Source: Podarcis gaigeae
Taxonomy: Eukaryota
Assembly (NCBI GenBank): GCA_964106915.2
Contig: OZ066919.1
Reading direction: 5' to 3' (one strand)
DNA: 64,000 nucleotides
Of this stretch, positions 1 through 12,135 are shown one piece after another. Made by a program: the position numbers and the translations under genes. Numbering within the stretch: position 1 is the stretch's first letter; each line of letters opens with the position of its first letter. The notes under the pieces are model-generated. The model did no database searches, was not told the DNA's origin, and saw only the letters and a list, made by a program, of their open reading frames with translations.

Positions 1-2487
1 GCCTTCTTCGGGCCTTGAGAGCTCACGGCCAGGGTCCGCTGCGACCCGAGCTGTTGAAGAAGTACCTGCCTTCGAGGGATGAAGAAGAGGTGGGTTGAGG
101 CGTGGCCACGTGGTGGAGGGCAACATTCGAACTTGGCCGGGCTGTGAACTTACTAACAACCCCACGAGTTGGCGGACTGATGGCCAGCATGCAGGGTTTG
201 GAGATGAGGACTCCATCTCTGGTCAGCCACGAGAGCTAGGTGGCCTTGGCAGATAAATCATAAGGGATGAATTGGGAGAGACCTATGCTGCTTTTTTAAT
301 CCTGGCAAATCGTAGTTAAAGGGGAGTAATTGCAAACTTTCTGACTTGAAGAAATACCCAGTTTTTATGTCTTCAGAAAGTAGGATACTGTCTTTCCCAA
401 AACATGTATGTCCCCTAAGTTGTGCTGCTCTTGCAGATCATAGCATTTGTGGAGCACCTGAAAGAGCGTGTGGCAAAGGAAGCAGTCAAGGAACAATATC
501 AATATCGCCAGCGTAAACAGAAGGATGCTCCTATTCCAGCACCTATTGAGGTATGAGAGTTTTTAAAGTGTAGGTAATGTGATATGGCACAACATAAGCT
601 AAGGGCTATTCATACAACTGACACTTCCTTTTTTTTTAGATATGGACAGAGTTAGCTGAGAAATTGACAGGTCCCCTTGAGGATGCTGTGGCAACTGCTT
701 TTTCCCAGGTAACCTTTCCCATGATCTTAATAAGATAGATATTGTTCTTGGTGTAGTAATTTAAGATATCTGTATGTCTCCATCTGACAAAATGTCTCTG
801 AAATACATGGCTCTGTCCTGGTTCTTTTGGTTCTTGTATAACTTTTCAGACAGATTTAATGCTGGGAAATGTATTTGGTTTACTAGAGAATCCCTGACTG
901 CTTGGCATACAAAGTCCATACTTGATTGTGACTTTTTCTCTACTCATTAGGTTTGGACAATTGCATCTACTGAGCCACTCACCTTGCTCCATTCCGTGCC
1001 TCCAAAGTCAGTGGTGATAAAGAATTCTCAATGTACATCCCAAAATCTTCATAGTGAGAGTAGGAAATCCAACGAAGAATCTCATGAACCAACTGTATCA
1101 TCAGATGTAGAGGAAATAGCCCCTGCAGAAAACAGTGGGTTCCATGTGGACTTTGAAAAGATCTACAAGTACCTTTCTGTGATCTCACGTGGCTGTAAGG
1201 CACCTGAACTCCCACCAGGTGGTAAGTCGGTGTTTGTGTTGGACCAAGATGAATTTAAATAACAGGCAGCTACTGGAAGAAATGTTTCTGCATTGGAATG
1301 TGACTCCAGGTAACCAAGACATCTATTACATCATGCCTACTGTATTCTTGGTGCCAAGCAAAAACATTTCTCCTTATGGAAGCTGCCTTATTGAGTTTTA
1401 TTTGCAATCATTCCATCCCTTCCTTTTTATTCTGTTGCTTTTTCTTTATTGTGCCATTTTTGTCATCTGCTTTGGAGTTCTATTTCAGCTGAAGGGCTCG
1501 ACACTAAATCTTAAAAATGCTTCCCAGAAATGGAGCATCCCCTAGGACTGGAAACACTATGTGTCCTGCCAAAAACTGTACTCCTTCTGCCAAAACTTCC
1601 AACAGATTTAGTGCTACTAAAAGCAACAACCACCTTGCTGGAACCACCTTGCTGGGCATAGTTGGGTAACTTTTGAGTTTACTGTTGTGGATGATGGGTG
1701 GGATTTGGGGGACTAAGGAAAACATTTCAGAAGGGAATTGTTTGTTATGTTTCTCCCCACCCCCCCAGTGAAAATATGAGTGGCCCGTGAGCGTGGAGAC
1801 AGGGAGAGTTTTCCTAGGTGAGAGGAAGCAGCAACTTGTCATATAATGTAAAACAGATAAAAGGTTCTCATCAGATTTCCAGTTTTTAAAATAAAACTTC
1901 TTATATAGAAAGTTATCCTTAACGTCTAAGACATAATTTTTAAAAATCTAAAATAGCTTAGCTGTTAATGTGAGAAAATTTACTACATTTGTTACACATG
2001 TTGGAGGCAGGGTGAAGTTTCAGAATCTGTAACTGGAGAACAGGAGATAAAAAAATCCTACCTATGTTTCTGCCAAAGTGAGTGTAGCCACTCTCCTCAT
2101 ACATTTTGCTTGCTTTCTGCAGAGTCAGCTGTGGTCCTAGATTTGCTACTGTCACTGCCAGAAGAGCTGGGCTTTCTGGACTTTAAGAAGCTGAAGAGTC
2201 ACATGCACAAATGTTACACAGAGTTGAACACCCACTACACAGGTGAAAGAAGCAGAATGAAAGAGGGCAACCAGCCTGTAAACAATAATGGGGAGCTATT
2301 TCCGCATGTGCAGCCAGCTACTAGTGGCTTACCAGAACAAGAGGAGAGTAGTTGTTCTCCTACCACTTCCAAAGATGATGCAACTTCTGCCTCTGCCATG
2401 GACTGGAAGACTCTGGGTATCTGCCCTTTGAATCCATTCTTGTTTCCTTTAGCTATCCTTGCACGTAAAGAAGAAAGCTTTGACTGA
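1..2487 (+). CDS. SNAPC2: snRNA-activating protein complex subunit 2 (5'-truncated by window)
   Basis: GT-AG exons <1-89, 437-550, 640-708, 951-1221, 2123-2487 join in phase. Translation contains PAPIE|IWTELAEKLTGPLEDAVATAFSQ|VWTIASTEP, VDFEKIYKYLS, ESAVVLDLLLSLPEEL and GICPLNPFL, matching recalled human SNAPC2 motifs. Confidence 0.93.
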
Positions 2488-3707
2488 GGGAACTCGATTC
2501 TGTGCTGCCCAGTAATGAACTATGTCCTCTCATAACATGTGAGGGAAGACTAAACAAGCTTGCTGAGCTTTCCTTAGCCATGATCCCCCTCATCGTAGCA
2601 TGGGGGTTAAGCAGCCTGACCTGCTCTTTTACACCTTGGCTCATGAGTATGATACTTGTTTTGTATTAATATTATATGTACACTGAAGTCTGGTCTTACT
2701 ACTCCACGACAGCTGCTAGATCTTATTTGGCCAGTTGCTATGAAGCAGCTCAGAGATGGCCTTGAGTGTTAATCTTGACCTTCGTCTTCTACAGATCATT
2801 GCGGTTAGTAAAATAAGTGATGTTGGATATCATCCCTGAGTCACAGAATAGTCAAATTATTTTGTAATAACCGTTTTTAAAAAAATATATATGGACCTGA
2901 AAAATATCAGTTGCAAAGCTGTAATAATCTCATATTACTTGCCAAGTGCCTTTTGCCTTCTACCTGTAACATGCTCACCAGGGGTTACCTTCAATAAGTT
3001 TTGAGGAGCTATAGAAGCCATGAAGGCTTTAACTGAAATAAACTAGGGAAAGTTAACTTATAACACGCTTAGGAATGTTACTGTTAAGCAATGCTTGATG
3101 ATGTAGTATATCTTCTTGGAAGAAATGCCCCCCATCTACCACTAACACAATACTGAACTGTTATAGTTGTAGGCACTGAAGAATACAAAGATGAAGTTAC
3201 TATGTTATAGCATAGAAGCATAAATGCTACAGCAGCCTGTGTCAAAACGTAAACCCTCCATGTAGCATTAGTACTTATTTTATTAAGGAGATATTAGTAT
3301 GGATATACTTGGACTCATAACAGCTCATAGCAGTATTTGTCATAAACTGGTGGGACTGGGGAAAGAAAGCATACTTTGTAACATAACATAACTAGCACCT
3401 TAAGTAAATATTACTTCAAACATAGATTAAATGCACTTCTCAAAATCTGAATTTTAACTGACCCATGTTAACTTGGGAAGGAGTTCCTAAATTGGCAACA
3501 TGCATATATAGTTTAACAAATTACTACAATTTAGCATCTTTGCTTTATTTATTTTATTTGAAGAGGCCTCCTGTAGAGAATGTAAGTAACAGGCAAGTCC
3601 TAGAAGACTAGTGTGCCATCTTTGTAAACTCAGACTCTTGGCATGTCGTACACGCATTATGTGCTGCACTGAGAGCAGCAATTTCATTCACTTTTATGTC
3701 CTTTAAA

Positions 3708-3727
3708 AATAAAGTGCATTCTTTATT
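3708..3727. terminator. back-to-back poly(A) signals between convergent SNAPC2 and PIF1
   Basis: AATAAA (+) at 3708-3713 and AATAAA (-) at 3722-3727. Confidence 0.45.
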
Positions 3728-4033
3728 ATTCAGTGTGTCAAACTCTTGCCATAGGTACAATACTGTCAATGCTGATGTTTGAATTAAAAGACTTCATGAA
3801 GGTGTGATAGCAGAACATCTTACTACCATCCTAATAACAGAGTTTGGTTAAAAAATTGATAGCCTGTGGAAAATGTTTCCAGGATGTTGTTCTACTGCTA
3901 GAAAACAGAATGATCCTGGAAGTATCAGGAGCTGCAGTGCAGAAAATCCACGAGCTGATTCTCCATGGAAGAAGTTTGCCACTTAGTGGTGTAGATTCAA
4001 TAAAAGTACAAGGAGCAATAAAATATGTAAAGT

Positions 4034-7000
4034 TCAGGCAGCTTCTTCATTTTCTTTATTGGCTTGAATAGAGGAGTGCAGCAAAGCCTAAAGAACAAAA
4101 GTAACAAATCATACACAGCAACTCACACTTTGTATGATTCCCCCAGGGGTGGAGGAAGGTGTCGCCACTGAGGGGGGTGACAAAATGCTGGGCGGCACTC
4201 ACCGTGGGGCCTGCAACAAACCTGAGCCATGTGTCTCTCCTGGGAGTGACACAATGGCTTGGGCGCCCACAGGCTCCACACTGCCCCAAACGGTCCGCCT
4301 GCCACCTCTCAGCTGTAGGGCGGCTGAGTGGGAGGAGGCAGGCAGACTCCTTGGAGGCCCCACAGAGCGTCCTGCCCCGGCTTGGGTGGCCCCACCCCTG
4401 GGCACAGGGCATGTGTGCCTCCCCAGGCACCCAATCAGCTTGCTCCGCCACTGTGATCCACTGGGGGGGGGGGGGATTTCTGCCATATGGAAGGAAGGGG
4501 CAAGGATTCACTATGACCTTCCACTACTTTTTTCTTTAATAAAGTATGGGCTTGTAACAGTATATTTTTCTTTGGAGAGGGAAATGTAGGGAAGATACAT
4601 TTTGCAATTAGGGCTGCAGACAGATAATCACTCAAGAGCATTGTGTCTATTTCAGGGTTACAGAGGAATGGTGGCCAGATATCCCTAATTCACAATGCCA
4701 TTAGTAACCTGTGGCCCTTGTTCCAGGTTTCTTTATTGCCCTTCTCCCACCCTCCTCCCTTTGCAGTTTATACAACACAAAATCAGAATGTCTTAAGTTG
4801 CAGATGGTTATGGTAGCCTAGTGGCAGATTATCACTTTACCTGGCTTAGAAATTTTTCTCTCTTCAAGTGCTTGTAGAACTGCAACACATATGGATTGGC
4901 TCTCACTACCTTGGGATCAAAATCCAGAACACGAAGACCTGCAAGGCTACGTGCTCGAGAAAGTGCTACATAAGCCTGGCCAAATTCAAAAACACGAGCC
5001 AAGGAAATCTCAACGCAGTCCAGAGACATACCCTAAGAAAAGAGAAAAAGTCAGGAAGCAGATACTCCCTAGTTATTCTGATAAGTATGTGCACCCCCAG
5101 TACAGTAAAGTACCTATATATTTTATGTATGATGCTTGATTCCACAAAATGGGTACCAGGCAAATAGGAAGAATTAACACTGCTGAACAGCATTTCCACA
5201 GTTCCCTCACCCTTTATATTTTTGTTTGCAGGGTGGTGTGATTTTCCAGTGTTTCTAGAATAGCCACATGTTGCAAGGAAAACAGCTTGAGTTTGATTGG
5301 TGTACAGGATTGGTCTGCCTAGATTCCACTGACTTATCGGGGGACAAGACAAATGAGCAGATTCTTACAGATCCTGCATAGATGTGGAGCCCAAGTGGAA
5401 ACATCCCAGAACCATAGTAACTTTGGTGGGAGCCTTAGTACAGATAAACCTAGTTAAACACAAGTTCCTTACAGACGTCCCATTATGGACCATTTTTACT
5501 GTCTTGAGTTCTTGTACAGAATATCACACAATCTATCACTAACCTGGCTCTTATGGATGGAAATGGCCCAGGCAAGTTTTAGCGGTAGCTGCTGGCGACT
5601 CAGATAAATTCCTGCTGGTCCCTTTAAAACCCATCGTTCCAACCCAACAACATTAGTGACGCCACACAGAAATCTCACTTTCGGTAGCCCTGTAGAAAGA
5701 GAGTCAAGTCAGAACTCTGATCTCCTATGCCCAGGAGTCAGGGGCAGGTAACCTCCCAAATATCTATTGTCTTTAAGGAGATACTGCAAGGCAGCCTAGA
5801 ACTCATCCACTTGAGTTCATGCAAATGGGATGCTAGTAGAATAACAGCTCATATACAAAAAACTGGATGGCAAAGAACAGCAACTGTGTCTCAAAAAATC
5901 CACCACCTCTGGCACAGTGCAGAGGCACCCACCATAGTTTCATTGTGAATCTATAAGAGTTCAGACACAGTCCGAAGAACACCCAGTCATGGGTGATAAG
6001 TGCATCTGTCAGAAACTAACCTTTTCCTTCTGTTTCAAATCCAATCACAACTCCACGAGCCCCATTCACAAGACCTTGGGACACATCAAGATTCTTAGTA
6101 AGCATCACCTAGTGAAAGAATGTAAAAATTACTAATGAAGAAAAACAGCTTTCACCTGTCCAGTCAGTCGACTTTATTGTACACAGTCAGCATTAACAGT
6201 AGAGTCTCAAGAACTGCCACTGAAAACAAACAAGAATGTCCCCACCCTGTTCCTCGGGTAGGGAAAGCCTCATACTTGTTTGGATGTTATTCACTGTATA
6301 CACTTTTATCCTGCTTTTCAAGAAGGCAGCACACAAGGTAGATAACCAAACATACAGTGAAATATTAAACACATATATATGAGACCGGGGGGAAAACAGT
6401 AATCCATCTAATAAAGTGAATAATGTGTTGAAAATGGTAACTGGCCTCAGTTAAACTTTAATGTTACAATACAATCTCAGTTAAACAGCATGACAGATTT
6501 GCCACCCATATTTAACAGCTGGGTGCAGCTCTTAAAAGACAAGGACTGTGGCATTTGGCATGGCCTGACTTCCCAGTTTTAAGGTTTAAAAGTTATCAAA
6601 AGCAGTGCACAACCAACTCAAAGAAAGCAAATGGGAGCCACTAGGGTCCATAAGAGTATCATTTCACTCAGCTGATACTCTAGGTTCTGTCATGTGACGA
6701 TCTGTCCAACCTAGCCATGGCAGTGCAGGTAACAATTCCTGAGAAGCTATAATCAGTGCTAGCCAGCCACGCATTTGTAAGGGAGAAATCAGTACTGTAT
6801 TAATAGAATGCAAGGAGTAACTGAATTGCTCAGCAGGCAAAACACTGAGCACATATAAATAGCTTGCAGATGTGTCCAAGCCTATAGCTCTGACATTCCA
6901 AGCTAAGGTCAACAATTACCTGTAACTGCCACCATGACTCCCTCAAATGAACTATATAATAGTTCATGAGTGTATCTGAAGAAGTGTGCATGCACACGAA

Positions 7001-10000
7001 AGCTCATACCAAGAACTGACTTAGTTGGTCTTTAAGGTGCTACTGGAAAGAATTTTTTTTGTTTATATAATAGATATTTGTTATAGAAACCATTCATTTT
7101 ATGATTACTCTGCTTGCCTGCTCCTGTAACATCCAGTCAGCATTTGCCTGTAACTCTTTATGCTGTCATATTCTGCATCAAGAGGACTCCAGTATCCTAG
7201 GGTTGGGGACCCCCTTTTGTGAGACCCCATGGGAAAGGTGGAGAATACAGGACTGTGGCGCTAGTGTGAGAAGCAGATAACATAAAAACCTTTCTTCCCC
7301 CCCCCCCAAAAAAAAAGCAAAATTCCATTGCCTACTAAAGAACCGCCTCTCGCTTGGGCAATGCTCACCTGGGCACCTTGCTTAAGTTCAATGTTGCTGC
7401 TTACTGGACACTGTGCATCAAGAGTTTTCACCAGTACAGGGTCACTATCCACTGCCTTGAAGGACCTTCGTTCTCCTAGAAGACAGACAAGATGTAAAAA
7501 ACTTGCATCCCTCCTACCTGATGTGTTTTGAAAGGGTTTCTTCCCAATAGCTGAGCTGCATGTAGGAGGCTCTGTTTCATCCTTCCACAGCCCCAGGTGT
7601 TGTGAGCTCCAAGTATTAGGCTCTGCACACTATTCTGAAAGCATAATTCTGTAAAATTCCAGAATTCCATACAATACATATCATAATATGTTTCCCACTT
7701 CTGCAGATATCAGCAACAGAAGAAAATATTATAAAATAAATAAATGTGTCCTTGTATTCACCTATCAAAAAGCGGTGGCAAGAATATCCGGACTGGAAAA
7801 CTTAACTATTGGTGTCAGTATTGCCTAATTTTATAATGGTCTCATGTTGTTTTATTCAGAAAGAAGAGGGGCAGGGCAAGTTCCCAAGTGTTGGTTCCCA
7901 GCTCTTAGCTGAAAGTCTGTCTCTAAAAGGAAAGGGCTACTTGCCACAGTTGGAGTCATTGCAGCATTCTCACCAGGCAACTCATCCAGCCTTCTAGCAT
8001 TTGTGAGCTCCACATCATCCTTGTGCGTGCACAACCGGGTAGCCAAGATTCCATCTTTCTCCACCCGATGGGTAGCTGTTAGAGTTAGCTGTCTGGTAAC
8101 CTCCTCTGTGCATCTGAATGGGGACAATTAAAATTAAGAAGACATTTGTATCTGATGAGAAACATTGAAGACCAAGAAGAACTATCAAGCTTGCTACTGC
8201 GCCCATTCAAATTACTTTCCATGAGAACATGAGGCCGTAACCAGCACCAAAACATGGAGATCAACTCTGCATCGCTAGTATATGAGCGAGGATGCTTGCA
8301 GCTGAAGGAATACCCCAGCAAGCACAGTACCTCTAAATTCCCCATTCCTCCACACCCAGTGTCTCCCAGCATTTCTCCATGGTTCCTCAAAGAGTACTTG
8401 ACCCAAATTTCAAACAGTGCAATGAGTTTAAAGGAAGTATTGGAGCAGGCCAGCCAACTTGACAGAAGCAGCTATATCAGCATTCAAATGTTTGGTGATG
8501 TCTCTCTAGACATAGGACTTCCACCCCAAGAGATTAGAATCTCCCCAGCCAGATATTCTGCTGGGGGAGGATGGCATCTCACCTGCCCAGGCGGACAGTA
8601 TGCAGAAGAGAAATGAAGTCCCTGTCAGTCTGCCTCCGCACCTCTGTCAGCTCCATGTTCAGGTGGATACACTTGCGCCAGCTCTTTGCCTGTGAAGGAA
8701 ACCCTTTGATCAAACTATAGCTCAGCCTGTGACAAGAGCATGCAGTGACAAAGAGCAACAGCAGCACACCTGGAAACAGAACCTGGGCTGCTCGGAGGAT
8801 TTGCTGACAGGAGGCAGCTGCAAAAAGTCTCCACATACGATGAGTTGGATTCCTCCAAATGGATCCTCACATTTCCTGACCGCTCTACCAAAAGAGAATG
8901 GAGACACCTTCAGGGAGCTGATTTTATTCTGATCCAAGAGAAAAGAAATGCAATGTCCTAGACCAAGGATGGGAAGCCTATGGCCCTCCAGATGTTGTTC
9001 TACTGCAGTTCCCATGATGCCTGGCTGTTGGTCATGCTGCTTGGGACTGATGGGAATTGTAATCCAAATGCATCTGGAAGATTCCCTGTTCCTGTTTCCC
9101 TTGCAACTCTAACACATGCTCTGCATATGCTAAGACAGAGTAACAAATATAATTCAGTTCTGCTTCTCTCTGTGGCTGCAAACCCCCCTTCTAGGACCAC
9201 ATTATACTTAAGCAGTCATTTTAAAACTATTGTGCATGGACAGGAGCATGGGAAACAGACAGGACTGAAGCACAGAGATGGCAATGCTGACTGGTGGCTC
9301 TGGGTGGACACTGGCCACAGCATTACCAAAACTAGATGTGGGACTGAAGAGAATACACGGGCAAAGCTGTGAGTGTGAGACTGTTTGCTGCAGAATTGCA
9401 TCAAGTGCCTGCTTAGGCAAAACTTTAGAACAACTATGCAATGTTTTGTCTTCTGCCCTATTAATACCCTCCCCAAAGCCATGTACACACAGGATTAATG
9501 CAAGTGCAGCAATATCCCCCAAAAGGAAGACTCCACCCACCTAGCTACTGCCTCCAGTTTATCAAAGAAATCCCCCTCCACCATAGAGATTTCATCTATG
9601 ATCAGATGGCGGCTGTTCAGCCATTGTTGCCGAATTCCGGGTCTCTGAGCCAGCTCAATGCACTGATGTAGGGAGGCCTTTCCTGACCCGATACCTATCA
9701 AAGGAGAGGGGAAAGAGTATGTCAGCAGTAACCCATCACTAGGCTCTTTTCCGCTTCCCTCCTTTCCCAGGATCCCAGTTACCTGCAAAGGCATGGAGAG
9801 TAGTGCCACCAATCTGACATGCTGCCACCCCTGTGCTGGCTGTGGCATAAGTGCTGTTTGGAGGCAGCGAGGCTATGATCTTTTTCAGCAGGTAGGATTT
9901 CCCAGTCCCTACAAAGAGAGCCCTTGTATTTAGAGGCACACAATCTAAATTTCAGTTTTACAATTACTCCAGCACCATTCATACTTCCCTTCAAAGCGGA

Positions 10001-11723
10001 ACTATTTAAATGGCAAGAGGCAGATGCAAAACTTGATCAGTTTTAGAAGTGACACCTAGATTGTAAATCAAAGTCGACTCAATGGTATGTATCTCTCATA
10101 AATCTCCACCTGCCCCATGCCACTACCCCCAAAAAGAGAGACATCAGAATCACCAACTTTACATACCTTAAATTCCAGGTTTGTTCAGTCCTGGAAGGAA
10201 TGCGAGATTCCCACCATAGTAGATGAAGCCACTACAACCTCTAACCTGCAAACACATAGACCCTCCTTGACCCTCTTCTCTCACCAGCACTGCCTGTGAA
10301 GAAAACATTCTTCCCACTCAGCACTGCATTCAACACCATTGACTGTTCCTGGGAGAGTTTTGCTCGGGAGCACATGGACCAAGTCTTCTTCACCTGCTGC
10401 TTTTCAGCCACCTGAAAAGAGCACAGAAACCTGCCTTATGCTGAGTCAGACCAGTGGCTCATTTTTGTTCAGTACTGTATCCACTGACTGGGAGCAGCTT
10501 CAGACAGGGGTGTTTTTAGCCCCACCTGGAGATTATGTGGGTTGAGCCTATGACATTCTGCCTGCATAACAGAAGTTAATACATTCCCCAAAAGGCAAAC
10601 TCCTCTGAATCCTAAGTGCTCATGAGAATTTTCCACCCCATCTCTCTTGATTACAGCAGCCAGAAAGGAGAATGCCTCTCTTATCCAGAGGGATAGTTCT
10701 TTGAATTTCAATTGGACCAAAGAAGCCTTACGTTCAAATAAAATAATAATTTGACCTTGCCCATACTACTATGGAAGTTCTGCTCAGGTATCCGCCAGTA
10801 AGACCAGCATGCATTGGAGAAAGGGCCTACTCTGTGGTGGCCTCAGTTATGGAACTTGCTAAGTGAGTTTCTGAAGTGCTTAAGGAGTGCATGAATCTGT
10901 CACTTTGCATAACCACAACTTCAGCATATGGGATTAGCAGTTGAGTATGTCCACTTTTCAGAAACTAGCCACCACTCTTATGCCAAGGATGGGGAACCTC
11001 CGGGTATCCTTGGACTCCAACTCCCAGCAGTCCCAGCCAGCACTGCCAGACCATGGGTGATGGGGGTTGGAGTCCAACAATACCTGGACGGCCAGAGATC
11101 TTTTTGTTATGGGCAGCTCCCAGCTAGATCATGCTTTCCGGCAGAAGCCGGCTCACCTGTTTCCCATCGATGGACTCACTTCGGATCCGCTTCCGAGACA
11201 CGCAGCGTAAGGGCTGACCTTTCCGCGGGGTGCTTGTCACGTCAGTCAGAGCCTGCCGGCCGCTCGCCTGCTGCAAGTCGCGAGTCTGCACCGGGCTCAC
11301 CGTGTCGAACGTCCGCGGGAGGCCAGCGAGAAGCCGCGTTCGCTCGGCCACAGGCTTGGTCCCCCTCTGGGCGGCTGCGTGCTTGATGCGCAGCGTGTGG
11401 ACGAAGCGGCGCAGCCGATCCGGAGGACAATTAGAGAGCAGCAGCTGCACGTGATTGTGGTTTGCACCGAGCTGCACCGAGCTCTTCCCCTCCTTCACGA
11501 AGCGTGTAAACAGCCGCACTTCACCCCGCCGCAAGGGGAAGTTCTGGGGGCGCCCCGGACCGCTGGCGCTGGCCACTTGCAGAACCAGCTCCTGGAACTC
11601 GTCCCGGCCCAGCGTGACCCAAGCATCGCGGAGAAGCACACGATTCGGGGCTGCTGCAGCACCCAGGTGCTCGATCGCTACGGTGCAGCGAACCCGACCG
11701 TCCGCTTCGGAGCCTGGTTGCAT
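4034..11723 (-). CDS. PIF1: ATP-dependent 5'-3' DNA helicase PIF1, 640 aa
   Basis: Exons 11723-11157, 10411-10285, 9908-9783, 9694-9541, 8884-8770, 8689-8583, 8113-7974, 7475-7369, 6108-6021, 5689-5544, 5032-4841, 4087-4034; all GT-AG and in phase, 1923 nt total. Walker [51 protein letters not shown] and [12 protein letters not shown] are present. The short last exon is the least certain. Confidence 0.96.
4144..4453. mobile_element. GC-rich MITE-like insertion in the last PIF1 intron
   Basis: Imperfect TIR CAGGGGTGGAG/CTCCGCCACTG with an abrupt GC shift. Similar CAGTGGCGGAG end at 35860 and a related GC-rich patch at about 53358-53549. Confidence 0.5.
6963..7063 (+). mobile_element. Penelope-like retroelement terminal fragment with 10-bp target-site duplication
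   Basis: TATATAATAG direct repeat at 6953-6962 and 7064-7073. The insert TCTGAAGAAGTGTGCATGCACACGAAAGCTCATACC...TTAGTTGGTCTTTAAGGTGCTACTGG resembles recalled reptile Penelope pLTR ends. Confidence 0.7.
6972..7009 (+). ncRNA. minimal type I hammerhead ribozyme motif
   Basis: Stem I GTAT/ATAC, core CTGAAGA (6976-6982), palindromic stem II GTGTGCATGCACAC, GAAA (6998-7001), vestigial stem III and UC cleavage site (7004-7005). Confidence 0.7.
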
Positions 11724-11879
11724 TCCGTCCGACTGAAAACGAGGAGGCAACGCAAAAGTCGAGACCTGCTAAAATGTTTGTACTGAAAAGACGCCGACTT
11801 CTTGCTGCCTTTCCCTTTCGCGTTGATTTCGACAGCCACTTATTTCTCCCATGTGCCTAAGTAACTCTTCCAGCCGTGC

Positions 11880-12135
11880 CTTAGCTTCTGCTGCAAGCTG
11901 ATTCAAACCTTTAACGGGGTCGCAGCAGCCAATCAGCGCTGCGGGAGATTTAACTCCTCGGCCAATGAAAAAGAGAAGGGGCGCGGTCAGAATCCCGGCG
12001 CAACTTTCGGCTGCGACGTTCCGCTCGGTTGCTAGGATACGAAAAGGTGGGGAAACGCCGCCCGCAACATACACGAAGGGCATTTTGGGGCGCTCCGGGC
12101 ACGTTCTAAATAGCCTCCCACCCAGATAGCGGCAG
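11880..12135. promoter_or_regulatory. CpG-island bidirectional promoter PIF1/CFAP144
   Basis: CpG-rich from about 11150 to 12290. CHR element TTTGAA on the minus strand at 11902-11907; CCAAT boxes at 11929-11933 and 11962-11966; X-box-like GTTGCTAGGATAC at 12028-12040. Confidence 0.75.

Noticed and set aside
4056-4641. Stack of overlapping 60-150 aa ORFs on both strands
   Set aside because: They coincide with a GC-rich MITE-like insertion in the last PIF1 intron; stop-codon scarcity explains them and no protein motif is recognisable.
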